From Breznakia blatticola (GTDB lineage Bacteria > Bacillota_I > Bacilli_A > Erysipelotrichales > Erysipelotrichaceae), in assembly GCF_004365815.1 (NCBI RefSeq), contig NZ_SODD01000024.1, forward strand, positions 1 to 32,000: 32,000 nt of DNA, in the 5' to 3' direction. The stretch's first letter is position 1. Every line of letters starts with the position of its first letter. The translations under genes were made by a program, and so were the position numbers. The notes beneath the pieces are model-generated. The model had not been told where the DNA came from and did not search any database. It saw only the letters and a program-made list of their open reading frames with translations. Positions 8,837 through 17,518 of this stretch are shown in pieces.

Positions 8837-10219
8837 TCATCCACAGTTTCCCTCCTCTTTTAAGGTGATGTTTTTTACCCAATTTTCTTTATGATAAAAA
8901 TGAGTTGCAATAAATACCTTGAGTATATTGACACCTTCGACACATGCGAATACCCAGATTAAATCCAAGTGCAACACACGTGTTGTTAGTATACTAAGAA
9001 ATGTTGGACCAAAGACAATAAACAAGCCATCTATCGCAAGAACTGAGTTTGTATCTCCTCCTGCACGTAAGATATAATAGCAAGTTTCTGCATACCCTTG
9101 TGTCCACATGACCATTGCTTTAATGATAAGTAGAATAATTGCCATCTTCGTATTCTGTGTTCCTAAAGAGAACGCTTTTGGAATAACTGGAGTTAGTGCA
9201 AGTACAAGTACACTACCAACAACGTAAATAGCTAGCCCAATCTTAATTAAACGCATGGAATCTTTTCTTGCTTGTTCCATCTCATTGGCACCTAAATCAT
9301 TGCCGACAATTGCTCCAGTTGCTGCTGCACATCCAGCAAAAGCTACATAAACCAGACTCGATACATTGTCCACTACTGTAAGTGCTGGTATAAAAGCTTC
9401 GTTTACATAGCAGTAATTCATAAATACAACACTTAAACCAACGGACCAGATAATTTCATTGAAAATTAAGGGAATGGTATTTTTAATAATATTGTATTTT
9501 GATTCACTTTGCATTTTGCCAACCGATTTACCTAAGTGTAAAGTTGCGTTTCTTTGGAATAATAAGATTACTAAAAATCCTAACTCTAAGAATCGTGAGA
9601 TCATCGTTGCTAGTGCTGCACCTTGTACACTTAATGGCGCAAAACCAAAATGTCCAAAGATTAATACATAGTTAAGTACAACATTACTTACAAAGGCAAT
9701 TGCTCCACTTACCATTGGAATTTTCGGTAAACCAATTACACGATATGCAACTGCAATCATCATAGTCAATGCAAAAGGTATATACGAATATCTAACAACT
9801 TCCAAATACTCCAATGCAAGTTGGATTGTACTTTGCTTACTTACAAAGAACGTAATTACACTTTCAGGAAAGATACATAAATAGATCGTTGATATACACC
9901 CTACCCAAAAACATGCACGCAAACCAAAACGGAATGTTTGATGATATGCATTATGATTTTTTGCCCCAAAATATTGTGCAATATAAATACCAACACCATT
10001 AGCTAGACCAAAGACAGCTAGATTAAAAATAAAGAAAAACTTATTGGCGACCGTTACTGCACTTATCGCCTCTTCACTAATTCCACCAATCATGAGTGTA
10101 TCTGCAATACTTAGTAAATTGACTAACAGTTGTTGAATAACCACAGGTAAAGCTAAATATAAGACCCGTTTTAGAAACGGTTTACTGATTTTTGTGTGTC
10201 TCATTTTATATGTAGACAT
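8837..10219 (-). CDS. MATE-family efflux transporter
   Basis: 460 aa, about 12 TM segments. N-terminal LALPVVIQQLLVNLLSIADTLMIGGISEEAISAV is typical of MatE repeats. AAAGGAGGAA RBS. Confidence 0.85.
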   Translation of the reverse strand: MSTYKMRHTKISKPFLKRVLYLALPVVIQQLLVNLLSIADTLMIGGISEEAISAVTVANKFFFIFNLAVFGLANGVGIYIAQYFGAKNHNAYHQTFRFGLRACFWVGCISTIYLCIFPESVITFFVSKQSTIQLALEYLEVVRYSYIPFALTMMIAVAYRVIGLPKIPMVSGAIAFVSNVVLNYVLIFGHFGFAPLSVQGAALATMISRFLELGFLVILLFQRNATLHLGKSVGKMQSESKYNIIKNTIPLIFNEIIWSVGLSVVFMNYCYVNEAFIPALTVVDNVSSLVYVAFAGCAAATGAIVGNDLGANEMEQARKDSMRLIKIGLAIYVVGSVLVLALTPVIPKAFSLGTQNTKMAIILLIIKAMVMWTQGYAETCYYILRAGGDTNSVLAIDGLFIVFGPTFLSILTTRVLHLDLIWVFACVEGVNILKVFIATHFYHKENWVKNITLKEEGNCG

Positions 10220-10233
10220 GCATTCCTCCTTTC

Positions 10234-10265
10234 AAAAAACCGGCATGCTCATGCATGCCAGTTTT
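10234..10265 (-). terminator. Rho-independent terminator after the DeoC-like gene
   Basis: On the minus strand: ctggcatgc-atga-gcatgccgg stem (one mismatch) followed by TTTTTT, starting 3 nt after the stop at 10268. Confidence 0.65.
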
Positions 10266-10267
10266 GA

Positions 10268-10906
10268 TTATTTTTCGCCCTCAATGATAGCGATGGCAGC
10301 ACTTGCGCCTAAGGCATTTGCTCCAACTTCTACAAAAGATTTTGCATCTTGGTATGTTCTAATACCACCGGCTGCTTTAATCTGTATTTGATTGTCTAAG
10401 GTCTTTCTCATCAACTTCACATCTTCAAGTGTTGCACCACCAAAACTGCGCCCTGTCGATGTCTTTAAAAAGACAGGTTTTGCAATATTGGCTAATTGGC
10501 AAACTTTTTCTTTGGAAGTTTCATCCAACTTACACATTTCAACAATTGCTTTATCCACAATGTTGTGTTGTTTACAGAAATAAGCAACTTGAACCAATTC
10601 ATCAAGAATGGCATCAAAATTACGATTCTCAATGTTTTCTTGGTTTAATACATAATCAATTTCTTTATATCCTAAAGTAGCGTACCGTTTGAATTCGTTT
10701 AACTTTTCATCCAAGGTCATCTTTCCTTCAGGAAAATCAATTGCTCCAGCAATGATAATATCGCTATCTTGTAAAAACGTTCTTGTTTGTTCTAATTGAT
10801 CTTCTTCGGCAAAGATACAACGAACATTGTACGTTTTTGCTTTTTCTAAATACGTTTGATACGTATCGTTTGGATCTTGTATATAATCGATATACTTGTT
10901 AATCAT
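10268..10906 (-). CDS. deoC: Deoxyribose-phosphate aldolase family (DeoC-like class I aldolase)
   Basis: 212 aa. Schiff-base lysine context FLKTSTGRSFGGATLEDVKLMR and IQIKAAGGIRTYQDA, as in DeoC. It is the last gene of the PTS operon, so its substrate may not be deoxyribose-5-P. Confidence 0.7.
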   Translation of the reverse strand: MINKYIDYIQDPNDTYQTYLEKAKTYNVRCIFAEEDQLEQTRTFLQDSDIIIAGAIDFPEGKMTLDEKLNEFKRYATLGYKEIDYVLNQENIENRNFDAILDELVQVAYFCKQHNIVDKAIVEMCKLDETSKEKVCQLANIAKPVFLKTSTGRSFGGATLEDVKLMRKTLDNQIQIKAAGGIRTYQDAKSFVEVGANALGASAAIAIIEGEK

Positions 10907-10910
10907 GATT

Positions 10911-11759
10911 TTAAGCAGCCATGATGCCGAAGTATGCCATTACAATTCCAAATACAACAGTTAATAAGATAAGTTTTACTGGTCCTACTTTTTTACCTAG
11001 TGCCCAGTAATATGTCCATGTGACCCCTAGACCAACAAGTCCAGGCATGATTCCATCTAAAATTTCTTGTAAGGTTTGTGCAGTTTCTCCACTTCCAATT
11101 TTCAAAGATACTTCTGCCCAGAACATATCACAAGTCATCGAACCAATAACCATGATTCCAAGAATACCTGCAGCATGCATAAGTTTATCCATAGTACCGT
11201 TTGCTTGTGCTTTTTGTAGGTATGTAAATCCTAAGTCATATCCTAAATGTGCACCAAATACACGAACTAAGAATGCAGGAATGTTATAAATTAAGAAATA
11301 TAGAATTGGTCCAAGAATATTTCCTTGTTGTGCTAATGAAAGTCCAACTCCAAGAGCAATAACACGAATACATCCTAAGAAAATAGAATCTCCAATTCCT
11401 GAAAGTGGTCCCATTAGTGCAGCTTTAACTCCACTAATTGCGCTACCATCGATCAAGCCTTTATTACGTTCTTCTTCCATTGATAATACAATCCCACCAA
11501 CAAATGGTGCGAGTTGAGGCGTAATGTTGAAGAATTCCATGTGACGTGTTAATGCTTCTGCATATCCCTCAGGATTGTCTTTGTAAATTTTCTTTAGTTG
11601 TTTATCAATCATCAATAAGAATGCCATGTGCATTTGACGTGGATAGTTCCAAGAGTACTCCATTCCAAGTGCTCCAGTGTTGAAACACATTCTTGTCAGT
11701 TCTTTTTTTGTGATTAATGGTTGGTTTTCCACTGTATTTTGATTAGAAGTCGTCATCAT
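10911..11759 (-). CDS. PTS mannose-family EIID component
   Basis: YSWNYPRQMHMAFLLMIDKQLKKIY, RHMEFFNITPQLAPFVGGIVLSMEEE, GPILYFLIYN. Start set to ATG 11759 (MMTTSNQ), 6 nt after AGGAGG. The ORF-track start 11810 lies inside EIIC. Confidence 0.9.
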   Translation of the reverse strand: MMTTSNQNTVENQPLITKKELTRMCFNTGALGMEYSWNYPRQMHMAFLLMIDKQLKKIYKDNPEGYAEALTRHMEFFNITPQLAPFVGGIVLSMEEERNKGLIDGSAISGVKAALMGPLSGIGDSIFLGCIRVIALGVGLSLAQQGNILGPILYFLIYNIPAFLVRVFGAHLGYDLGFTYLQKAQANGTMDKLMHAAGILGIMVIGSMTCDMFWAEVSLKIGSGETAQTLQEILDGIMPGLVGLGVTWTYYWALGKKVGPVKLILLTVVFGIVMAYFGIMAA

Positions 11760-12525
11760 CCATGTCCTCCTCTTGTACGCCATCTGCTGTGGCAAATTTC
11801 TTACTGCCATCTAAGAAGCCAAATTTTTCAATTACGATAATCACACCAATAATTGCTACTCCAAGTACTGGCATTCCTAAAAATGCGGTTAATGTATATC
11901 CTAAGAAATAGAATGGTACAAGTTTTTTATTCAAGATCATACGCATTAACATCGCAAATCCTAATGTTGGTAACATACCAGCAGCAATTGCCATACCATT
12001 GATTGCAACTTCAGGAATTGAACCAATAACTGCTTGTACAGCATCTACTCCAAAATAGAATGATAAAGAAACAAGTAAGAATTTTTCAATGACTCCAAAA
12101 GCACCCATTAACCAGTGAACTTTTGTAATTTTTTTCGAATCACCTTTGGTCGCAGCATCATCTGCTATTTTTAGAAATGCAGGTGTTAAAGCTGCAATAA
12201 AGTTACTAATTGATAAAGCAATTAATGCAATTGGCATTGCAAGAGTGATTGCTGTTTCTACTCCTGCTCCAGTTGTAATTGCAAATGCAGTACCTAAGAT
12301 TCCACCAACGACTACATCTGGTGGTATGTAAGCACCAACGGAAATTGCACCCATAAAGATTAATTCAAGACTCGCTCCTACAGTGATACCCATTTCGAAG
12401 TCCCCTAAAATTAATCCTACAATTGGACCAGTCGTAATTGGTCTAAATGTATATAATGTCCCAAATTGGTAATCCAGCACTCCCCATACAGCAACTAGAC
12501 CCAATAAAATTGATTCTAATAACAT
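11743..12525 (-). CDS. PTS mannose-family EIIC component
   Basis: MLLESILLGLVAVWGVLDYQFG.., multi-TM, with an acidic tail EEDMDDDDF. AGGAGGGAA RBS. Confidence 0.9.
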   Translation of the reverse strand: MLLESILLGLVAVWGVLDYQFGTLYTFRPITTGPIVGLILGDFEMGITVGASLELIFMGAISVGAYIPPDVVVGGILGTAFAITTGAGVETAITLAMPIALIALSISNFIAALTPAFLKIADDAATKGDSKKITKVHWLMGAFGVIEKFLLVSLSFYFGVDAVQAVIGSIPEVAINGMAIAAGMLPTLGFAMLMRMILNKKLVPFYFLGYTLTAFLGMPVLGVAIIGVIIVIEKFGFLDGSKKFATADGVQEEDMDDDDF

Positions 12526-12546
12526 TGTCTTCCCTCCTGTCTATAG

Positions 12547-13017
12547 TTATAGTACGTTTTTGACAAGTATTTTTTTATCATCGACTAATGGACGGATTTC
12601 GACTTCCAATCCTTTATCGATAAATGATCGTAATATTTCTTCTTCTTTAGGTGTTACAAAGATTTGTTTACTTAACGCTCTTGTATCACCCTCTTCTTTT
12701 GTGTTTCCTAGATTGATACTTTGAATAGATGGACATCCATTGACCAATTCTTGCGCTTCCGCAATGCTTTGCACAACAATAATTAATTTATATTTATCTG
12801 TTACTCCACTATTGATTGCCTCAATAGAATTTTTCATATCCTTAATTACCAATTTACAACCTGAAGGTTTTCCAAGTTTTAAAGTGGTTTTCCATACATC
12901 GTCATTAATCACAGAGTCACTAGCAACCAAAATACAGTCGGCTCCTACTCCATTTGTCCAAGAAAATGCTACTTGTCCATGTAATAATCTGTGATCTACC
13001 CTTACTAGTTTAATCAT
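12547..13017 (-). CDS. PTS mannose-family EIIB component
   Basis: MIKLVRVDHRLLHGQVAFSWT signature. AAAGGAGGAA RBS. Confidence 0.9.
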   Translation of the reverse strand: MIKLVRVDHRLLHGQVAFSWTNGVGADCILVASDSVINDDVWKTTLKLGKPSGCKLVIKDMKNSIEAINSGVTDKYKLIIVVQSIAEAQELVNGCPSIQSINLGNTKEEGDTRALSKQIFVTPKEEEILRSFIDKGLEVEIRPLVDDKKILVKNVL

Positions 13018-13031
13018 TATATTTTCCTCCT

Positions 13032-13445
13032 TTAAAACTCGTCATCGTCATTCACATCTTCAAATAATTTGTTGCAAAACTTTGGTGCAGTATCTACACT
13101 GCTTGTAATTTGATCAAGTGTTGTTGCGATATCTACACTTGGATCTGCTAGAAATATTTGCATTAATAATGGTAAATTCATACCGGTTACTAAGTAGTAG
13201 TTTTCTTTTCCTACATACTTCATAAATTCATTATTTACACTTCCACCAAACACATCGGTTAGTGCAATAATTTCTGCATCATCAGCAATGCTATCAAAAG
13301 CATCCTTTACCTGTTTTTCAATGTTTGTGTCTTCTACATATCCATTAATAATGGTTACGTTTTCTTGCTCACCAATTATGATTTTGATACTCTCATAAAT
13401 TCCTTTGGCAAATGTTCCATGTGATGCTATTATGTAATGTCTCAT
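13032..13445 (-). CDS. PTS mannose-family EIIA component
   Basis: MRHYIIASHGTFAKGIYESIKIIIG, parallel to the EIIA at 6017-6412. AAGGAG RBS. Confidence 0.85.
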   Translation of the reverse strand: MRHYIIASHGTFAKGIYESIKIIIGEQENVTIINGYVEDTNIEKQVKDAFDSIADDAEIIALTDVFGGSVNNEFMKYVGKENYYLVTGMNLPLLMQIFLADPSVDIATTLDQITSSVDTAPKFCNKLFEDVNDDDEF

Positions 13446-13449
13446 GTTC

Positions 13450-14274
13450 TTACTCCTTACTACATACTTGATATTGATTCATTGTTTTTTGATCTGCTTC
13501 AAATGGCTTTTCAAAGTAGATATTGTTTACACTTTCTAATGAAAGTAACCCCTCATATCCATATTTTTGTAGGATTTCTAAATCCGCTTTCATATCCCTT
13601 GTTCCATCTGACCATGCTAAGTGACCAACTGGTTTTCCATCAACGAAGTGCACATGTGCAATTTTCTTACCAAATGCTTTGAAATAATCATCTAGCGTTT
13701 CATTTGCACCTGCCATCGCTCCAAAATCGATACAAACATATAAATTGTCATGATCGACTGCTTGTAAATAGGATTGTAAAGATGAAATGGAATTCACAAG
13801 TCTTGATTCATCTTTTTGCAATGCTTCAATAGCTAAACGAATGTGTTTACTTTCTGCGTAGGCTACTAGTTTTTTCATCATTTGCACACTTCGCTTAAAC
13901 GCTTCATTTACATCTTCATCAAGAAATGCCCAACCACTAGTCACAAGAACTAACTTGGCATCAATTTGACTTGCTACATCAATTGCATGTTTGAAATAGG
14001 CTTCCACTCGCTTGATAGCTTGTGAATCTTTGGCTGCCATATTATTTGGTTTTGGATTGGTTTGTTCTGGACAAATCACTTCGATTTTCACTCCGTATGC
14101 TTTCTCCAACTTTTTGAGTTTATTTACATCCTCATATCCTTGATAATCCATAAAATAATGATGGGGTCCTGTCCATATTTCTGCTTTTTTAAATCCTATA
14201 GATGAAACCTTTTCAAAGAAGGTCTCCAGTTGATAGAATCGATAATGTCCATTCATTGCACACAATTCATTCAT
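13450..14274 (-). CDS. Xylose-isomerase-like TIM-barrel sugar isomerase/epimerase (FrlC-like 3-epimerase candidate)
   Basis: 274 aa with the spaced acidic/His metal-ligand pattern of the AP-endonuclease-2/TIM family (LAIEALQ, CIDFGAM, HVHFVDG). Its size and its position next to an FrlB-like gene match E. coli FrlC. Confidence 0.7.
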   Translation of the reverse strand: MNELCAMNGHYRFYQLETFFEKVSSIGFKKAEIWTGPHHYFMDYQGYEDVNKLKKLEKAYGVKIEVICPEQTNPKPNNMAAKDSQAIKRVEAYFKHAIDVASQIDAKLVLVTSGWAFLDEDVNEAFKRSVQMMKKLVAYAESKHIRLAIEALQKDESRLVNSISSLQSYLQAVDHDNLYVCIDFGAMAGANETLDDYFKAFGKKIAHVHFVDGKPVGHLAWSDGTRDMKADLEILQKYGYEGLLSLESVNNIYFEKPFEADQKTMNQYQVCSKE

Positions 14275-14320
14275 TTGCTTTACTCCTTTTTACATAAGAC
14301 TTGCAATCAGTTGATATGCT

Positions 14321-14941
14321 TCAAACAAATTTTCTACAAGATAATCTGCTTTTTTGCTGGTCGATGTGATAGCGATGGTCTTTTATCGCTATCACTTTCA
14401 TACCAGCTTGCTTTGCAGCTTCAATTCCATCCTTAGAATCTTCAATCACGATTGCATGATCTGCACTTACACCAAGTGTGTTCAATGTATAGACGTAGAT
14501 TTCAGGATTCGGCTTCGACTTAGTAAACATGCGTCCACTAACGATGGAATCAAAGTATGTTTCAATACCGTTTTCTTTACAAACATGTTCGATGATATCT
14601 GGATCATTCGAACTTGCAACGGAGAGTTTTACATTTTGTTTTTTTAATTCCTTCAATAAGAATTTTAGGTAAGGTTGTAAGAAATCAGTAACATCGAAAG
14701 GCTCTCCTTGATAGGTTTGCCGATAATACGCATCCATTTCCAGTGCATTTTTATCTAAATGCAACCATGAAGCAAGATAGTTCCATGTCACTTCATGACT
14801 CGTACCGATAATTTTTCTAAGTTCTTGCATAGGTACTTGTACTCCATGTTGTTGTGCAAAGCAATAAAACTCATATAAATTAAAGGGTTCTGAATCAATA
14901 ATGACACCATCCATGTCGAAGATTACTGCTTCTATATTCAT
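14321..14941 (-). CDS. HAD-superfamily hydrolase (beta-phosphoglucomutase/sugar-phosphatase subfamily)
   Basis: Motif I VIFDMDGVIIDSEP, motif II LSVASSN and motif IV VIEDSKDGIEAAKQAGM. The start ATG lies 1 nt after the upstream TAA. Confidence 0.85.
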   Translation of the reverse strand: MNIEAVIFDMDGVIIDSEPFNLYEFYCFAQQHGVQVPMQELRKIIGTSHEVTWNYLASWLHLDKNALEMDAYYRQTYQGEPFDVTDFLQPYLKFLLKELKKQNVKLSVASSNDPDIIEHVCKENGIETYFDSIVSGRMFTKSKPNPEIYVYTLNTLGVSADHAIVIEDSKDGIEAAKQAGMKVIAIKDHRYHIDQQKSRLSCRKFV

Positions 14942-14942
14942 C

Positions 14943-15974
14943 TTAGTATTCGAATTGACGGTAGTAACGTCTGTAGTTCAAGTTATGTTTTGTGTATGTT
15001 TCATAGTGAGCTGCTAAACGTTCTGTTAAGACTGATGTTGCAATCATAGGTGAAACAATCACTCTAAATTCATCATCAATTCCATCAAGTGCATATTCTT
15101 GTGTATCAAATACAACAAGTTTGTTTGTAAAACGTTGACAGAATCTTTCTACACGAGTGTCTAGTTGACGACATTCATCTTCACCTTTTACTAAGAATAC
15201 TGGAACTCCTGGTTCTACTAATTCAAGTGTACCATGGAAGAATTCAGGAGATGTAACAGATTTTGTACGTACCCATTGCATTTCTTCTAAGATACACATT
15301 GAGAATAAGTATGTTTCACCCCAAGTTGCTCCTGAACCTACCCAAATATTGTATGGTTCGTTGTAGTATTTCTTAGCGATTTCTTCAGCTTTAGGGTCGA
15401 ATTGTTCGCGAATTGCAACTAGGTTTTTGAAGATTCCTTTCATTTGATCAGCAAATAATTCGTATTTTGGGAAGTATCCCATTTTATTTAAAATACGCAA
15501 TGCTAATAAGTCAAATAACAAGTAACTGTATTCACACATACCTGTTGTTACATCTGCTTGGATAATTTTTGTAGAAACTTTTCCTAATGGACTTTCATGT
15601 TTCGTGAATGAAACCACTTCGATTCCTTCTGCTTTAATCCAAGTTGCTGCTTCAACGATTTCTTTTGTATCCCCTGAAGCACTTGCTGTAATAACAACAG
15701 AATCTTTCGTAAGTTTCTTTGGACGTAATACATTAATTTCAGCTGCTTCAACTAAATACACATCTAAATCTGAATATTTATCCATGAAGTATTTCACTGG
15801 AGCAAACTCAGCATACGTACCACCAATTCCTAGAAAGAAGATATTTTTGAATCCTTTTTCAACGATCTCATCTGCAACTTTTTCAACTGCACCACGTTGT
15901 GCATAAATTGCATCACCTTCTTTAAGATATTTATCTACATCAAATTTTGCTAATGTTACTTTTTCTTTTTCCAT
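14943..15974 (-). CDS. FrlB-like fructosamine-6-phosphate deglycase (double SIS domain)
   Basis: FFLGIGGTYAEFAPVKYF, ITASASGDTKEIVEA, ILEEMQWV, EFFHGTLE, and a C-terminus HNLNYRRYYRQFEY resembling the B. subtilis FrlB end (..RRYMWKVEY). Start set to ATG 15974, 5 nt after GAGGAGG. The ORF-track start is an upstream TTG. Confidence 0.75.
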   Translation of the reverse strand: MEKEKVTLAKFDVDKYLKEGDAIYAQRGAVEKVADEIVEKGFKNIFFLGIGGTYAEFAPVKYFMDKYSDLDVYLVEAAEINVLRPKKLTKDSVVITASASGDTKEIVEAATWIKAEGIEVVSFTKHESPLGKVSTKIIQADVTTGMCEYSYLLFDLLALRILNKMGYFPKYELFADQMKGIFKNLVAIREQFDPKAEEIAKKYYNEPYNIWVGSGATWGETYLFSMCILEEMQWVRTKSVTSPEFFHGTLELVEPGVPVFLVKGEDECRQLDTRVERFCQRFTNKLVVFDTQEYALDGIDDEFRVIVSPMIATSVLTERLAAHYETYTKHNLNYRRYYRQFEY

Positions 15975-16055
15975 TTTGTCCTCCTCAATCAATCAATAAT
16001 GAAACATAAAGCGTATCTTATCAGAAACCTCTGGGCCCTCTTGTGGTTTCTTTGC

Positions 16056-16103
16056 TAATCCACTTTACATTTTCAATATACCAGTACATATTTACTTTTG
16101 CAA
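16056..16103 (-). promoter_or_regulatory. Promoter P1 of the frlB-like/PTS operon, with the bipartite shared motif
   Basis: On the minus strand: TTGCAA (16103-16098), 17 nt, TATATT preceded by TGG (TGGTATATT 16083-16075), 9 nt, AAGTGGATTA (16065-16056). Confidence 0.55.
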
Positions 16104-16112
16104 GCGCTTTCT
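16099..16112. promoter_or_regulatory. cre-like site (CcpA catabolite-responsive element) overlapping the P1 -35
   Basis: TGCAAGCGCTTTCT has 2 mismatches to TGWAANCGNTNWCA and a palindromic core AAGCGCTT. Confidence 0.45.
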
Positions 16113-16130
16113 TTAGATTTTTGTTCACAC

Positions 16131-16168
16131 AAAGAAAAAAGGAAATCCAAAAATATAAGATTTCCTTT
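16131..16168 (-). terminator. Rho-independent terminator after the monocistronic SIS gene
   Basis: On the minus strand: aaaggaaatc, an 11-nt loop, gatttccttt, then TTTTTTCTTT. It starts about 35 nt after the stop at 16203. Confidence 0.75.
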
Positions 16169-16202
16169 TATTTATCGTATGTTTTACAATTTTAGTTTTT
16201 TT

Positions 16203-17267
16203 CTATTTTGTCTTACTTTTTACCACTTTATTAAAGTCTTTCATCAAAATATGGTCTTCCCACTGGTTTTTCTCGGTTGTAATCTGGTATGCCAAAACCT
16301 GAAAAAGAACTACGTGGATAAGCGGTGATAATGTTGGTAGTACATCAAGGTCATAATGATAGATAGTATCTCCCTCTATACCTCTTGATATTAAATAGCT
16401 ATGATCTGTAATACAAGTAGTTGCATGCCAAATATCTTGTACTCGTTTTGAACTTGCATCATGATTATCAATACAGATTACAGTATATGATGGATCTAAT
16501 TGTAAATTAGGTCCATGAATATACTCCTCTATTTCATAGGCAAAAGCTGGTATCTTAACTGTTTCACTAATTTTTAAAGCACCTTCACAAGCAGCACCTA
16601 TGTTCGGACCAACTGCACAAATAAAGAGCTTTGACATGGATAATAACGCTTTTTGATGACTTCTATAAAAATCGACAGCTTGTGTAATCAGTTGAGGATA
16701 TGCATCATAAATACATGATAATTGTGCATGAAAACCATCTACATCTTTTGCACTAATATACTCTAGTTGATATGACGTATGTATAGCAAATATGCATAAA
16801 TACAAAGCAAGTGTACTTACTCCCTTAGTAACATACCCTACGCTTTCTTTACCTACGCCATAGTCAATTACGACATCAGCTGATGCAACATCACTATGTA
16901 TATTGCCAGTTAGGACAATTGCTTTACGATTTAACTTTTGGATTTTCTCTATTGCATCAATGGTATTGGTGCTTGATCCACTTTGACTAATAGCAAATAC
17001 AAATGTTTTATCATCCACATATTTCGTATAGTGTGTAAATGTATATGGACTAATCACTTCTACATCACAGTATAACGTATCTTGCATAAAGTATTTTGCG
17101 CAAAGTGCAGCATTGGCACTTGACCCACTAGCAACAATCAGTATCTTTTCATACTCCCATTCTAGAAAACATTCCATTAGTGGCTGTATAAGTATTTTTG
17201 CTTGCTGTAAATTTGTTTTACATACTGCTTCTGTCTCGATTATATAATCCATCATTGTCTCTTTCAT
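16203..17267 (-). CDS. Double-SIS-domain sugar-phosphate isomerase/deaminase/deglycase (paralogue of 2842-3906)
   Basis: IVASGSSANAALCAKYFMQ, AISQSGSSTNTIDAIEKIQKLNRKAIVLT, VGPNIGAACEGALKISE, EEYIHGP. Start set to ATG 17267 (MKETMMDY), 8 nt after AAAGGGGA. Confidence 0.85.
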   Translation of the reverse strand: MKETMMDYIIETEAVCKTNLQQAKILIQPLMECFLEWEYEKILIVASGSSANAALCAKYFMQDTLYCDVEVISPYTFTHYTKYVDDKTFVFAISQSGSSTNTIDAIEKIQKLNRKAIVLTGNIHSDVASADVVIDYGVGKESVGYVTKGVSTLALYLCIFAIHTSYQLEYISAKDVDGFHAQLSCIYDAYPQLITQAVDFYRSHQKALLSMSKLFICAVGPNIGAACEGALKISETVKIPAFAYEIEEYIHGPNLQLDPSYTVICIDNHDASSKRVQDIWHATTCITDHSYLISRGIEGDTIYHYDLDVLPTLSPLIHVVLFQVLAYQITTEKNQWEDHILMKDFNKVVKSKTK

Positions 17268-17296
17268 TGTACAATCCCCTTTCGTGGTTTTTATGG

Positions 17297-17342
17297 TAAT
17301 CCACTTTGATTTATTTATATACCAGTGATATTTCAATGTCAA
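17297..17342 (-). promoter_or_regulatory. Promoter P2 of SIS gene 16203-17267, with the same bipartite motif
   Basis: On the minus strand: TTGACA (17342-17337), 15-17 nt, TGGTATATA (17324-17316), 9 nt, AAGTGGATTA (17306-17297). The blocks CTGGTATAT and AAGTGGATTA are identical to P1 at identical spacing. Confidence 0.55.
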
Positions 17343-17367
17343 TAGTTGAAAAAACATTAGATTTCAC

Positions 17368-17414
17368 TTGCACATTAGAAAACTATTGGTATAATCAAAA
17401 TTGAAAGTGGTTGT
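17368..17414 (+). promoter_or_regulatory. Promoter P3 of the hydrolase gene, with a related bipartite motif
   Basis: TTGCAC (17368-17373), 16 nt, TATAAT preceded by TGG (TGGTATAAT 17387-17395), 9 nt, AAGTGGTTGT (17405-17414). Confidence 0.5.
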
Positions 17415-17518
17415 TTATACAATACACTTCATAGGAGCGTTCCTGATAAACATCGATAAACCATATTACTTTTAAGGGGAATAAGTAATACATTTCAATG
17501 TGAAAGGAATGAAGAGAA

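Noticed and set aside
16023-16051. A hairpin in the leader of the frlB-like operon (agaaacc-N15-ggtttct with a central GGGCCC).
   Set aside because: It has a 7-bp stem, a large loop and no following U-tract. It resembles no riboswitch or RAT element I know, so it is noted only as a possible mRNA-stabilising structure.
6413-16130. Sigma-54 (-24 TGGCAC / -12 TTGCA) promoters, which often drive mannose-family PTS operons.
   Set aside because: No GG-N10-GC element with the right spacing was seen in either upstream region (6413-6720, 15975-16130). Neither PRD regulator has an AAA+ sigma-54 activator domain, and sigma-A-like promoters fit instead.
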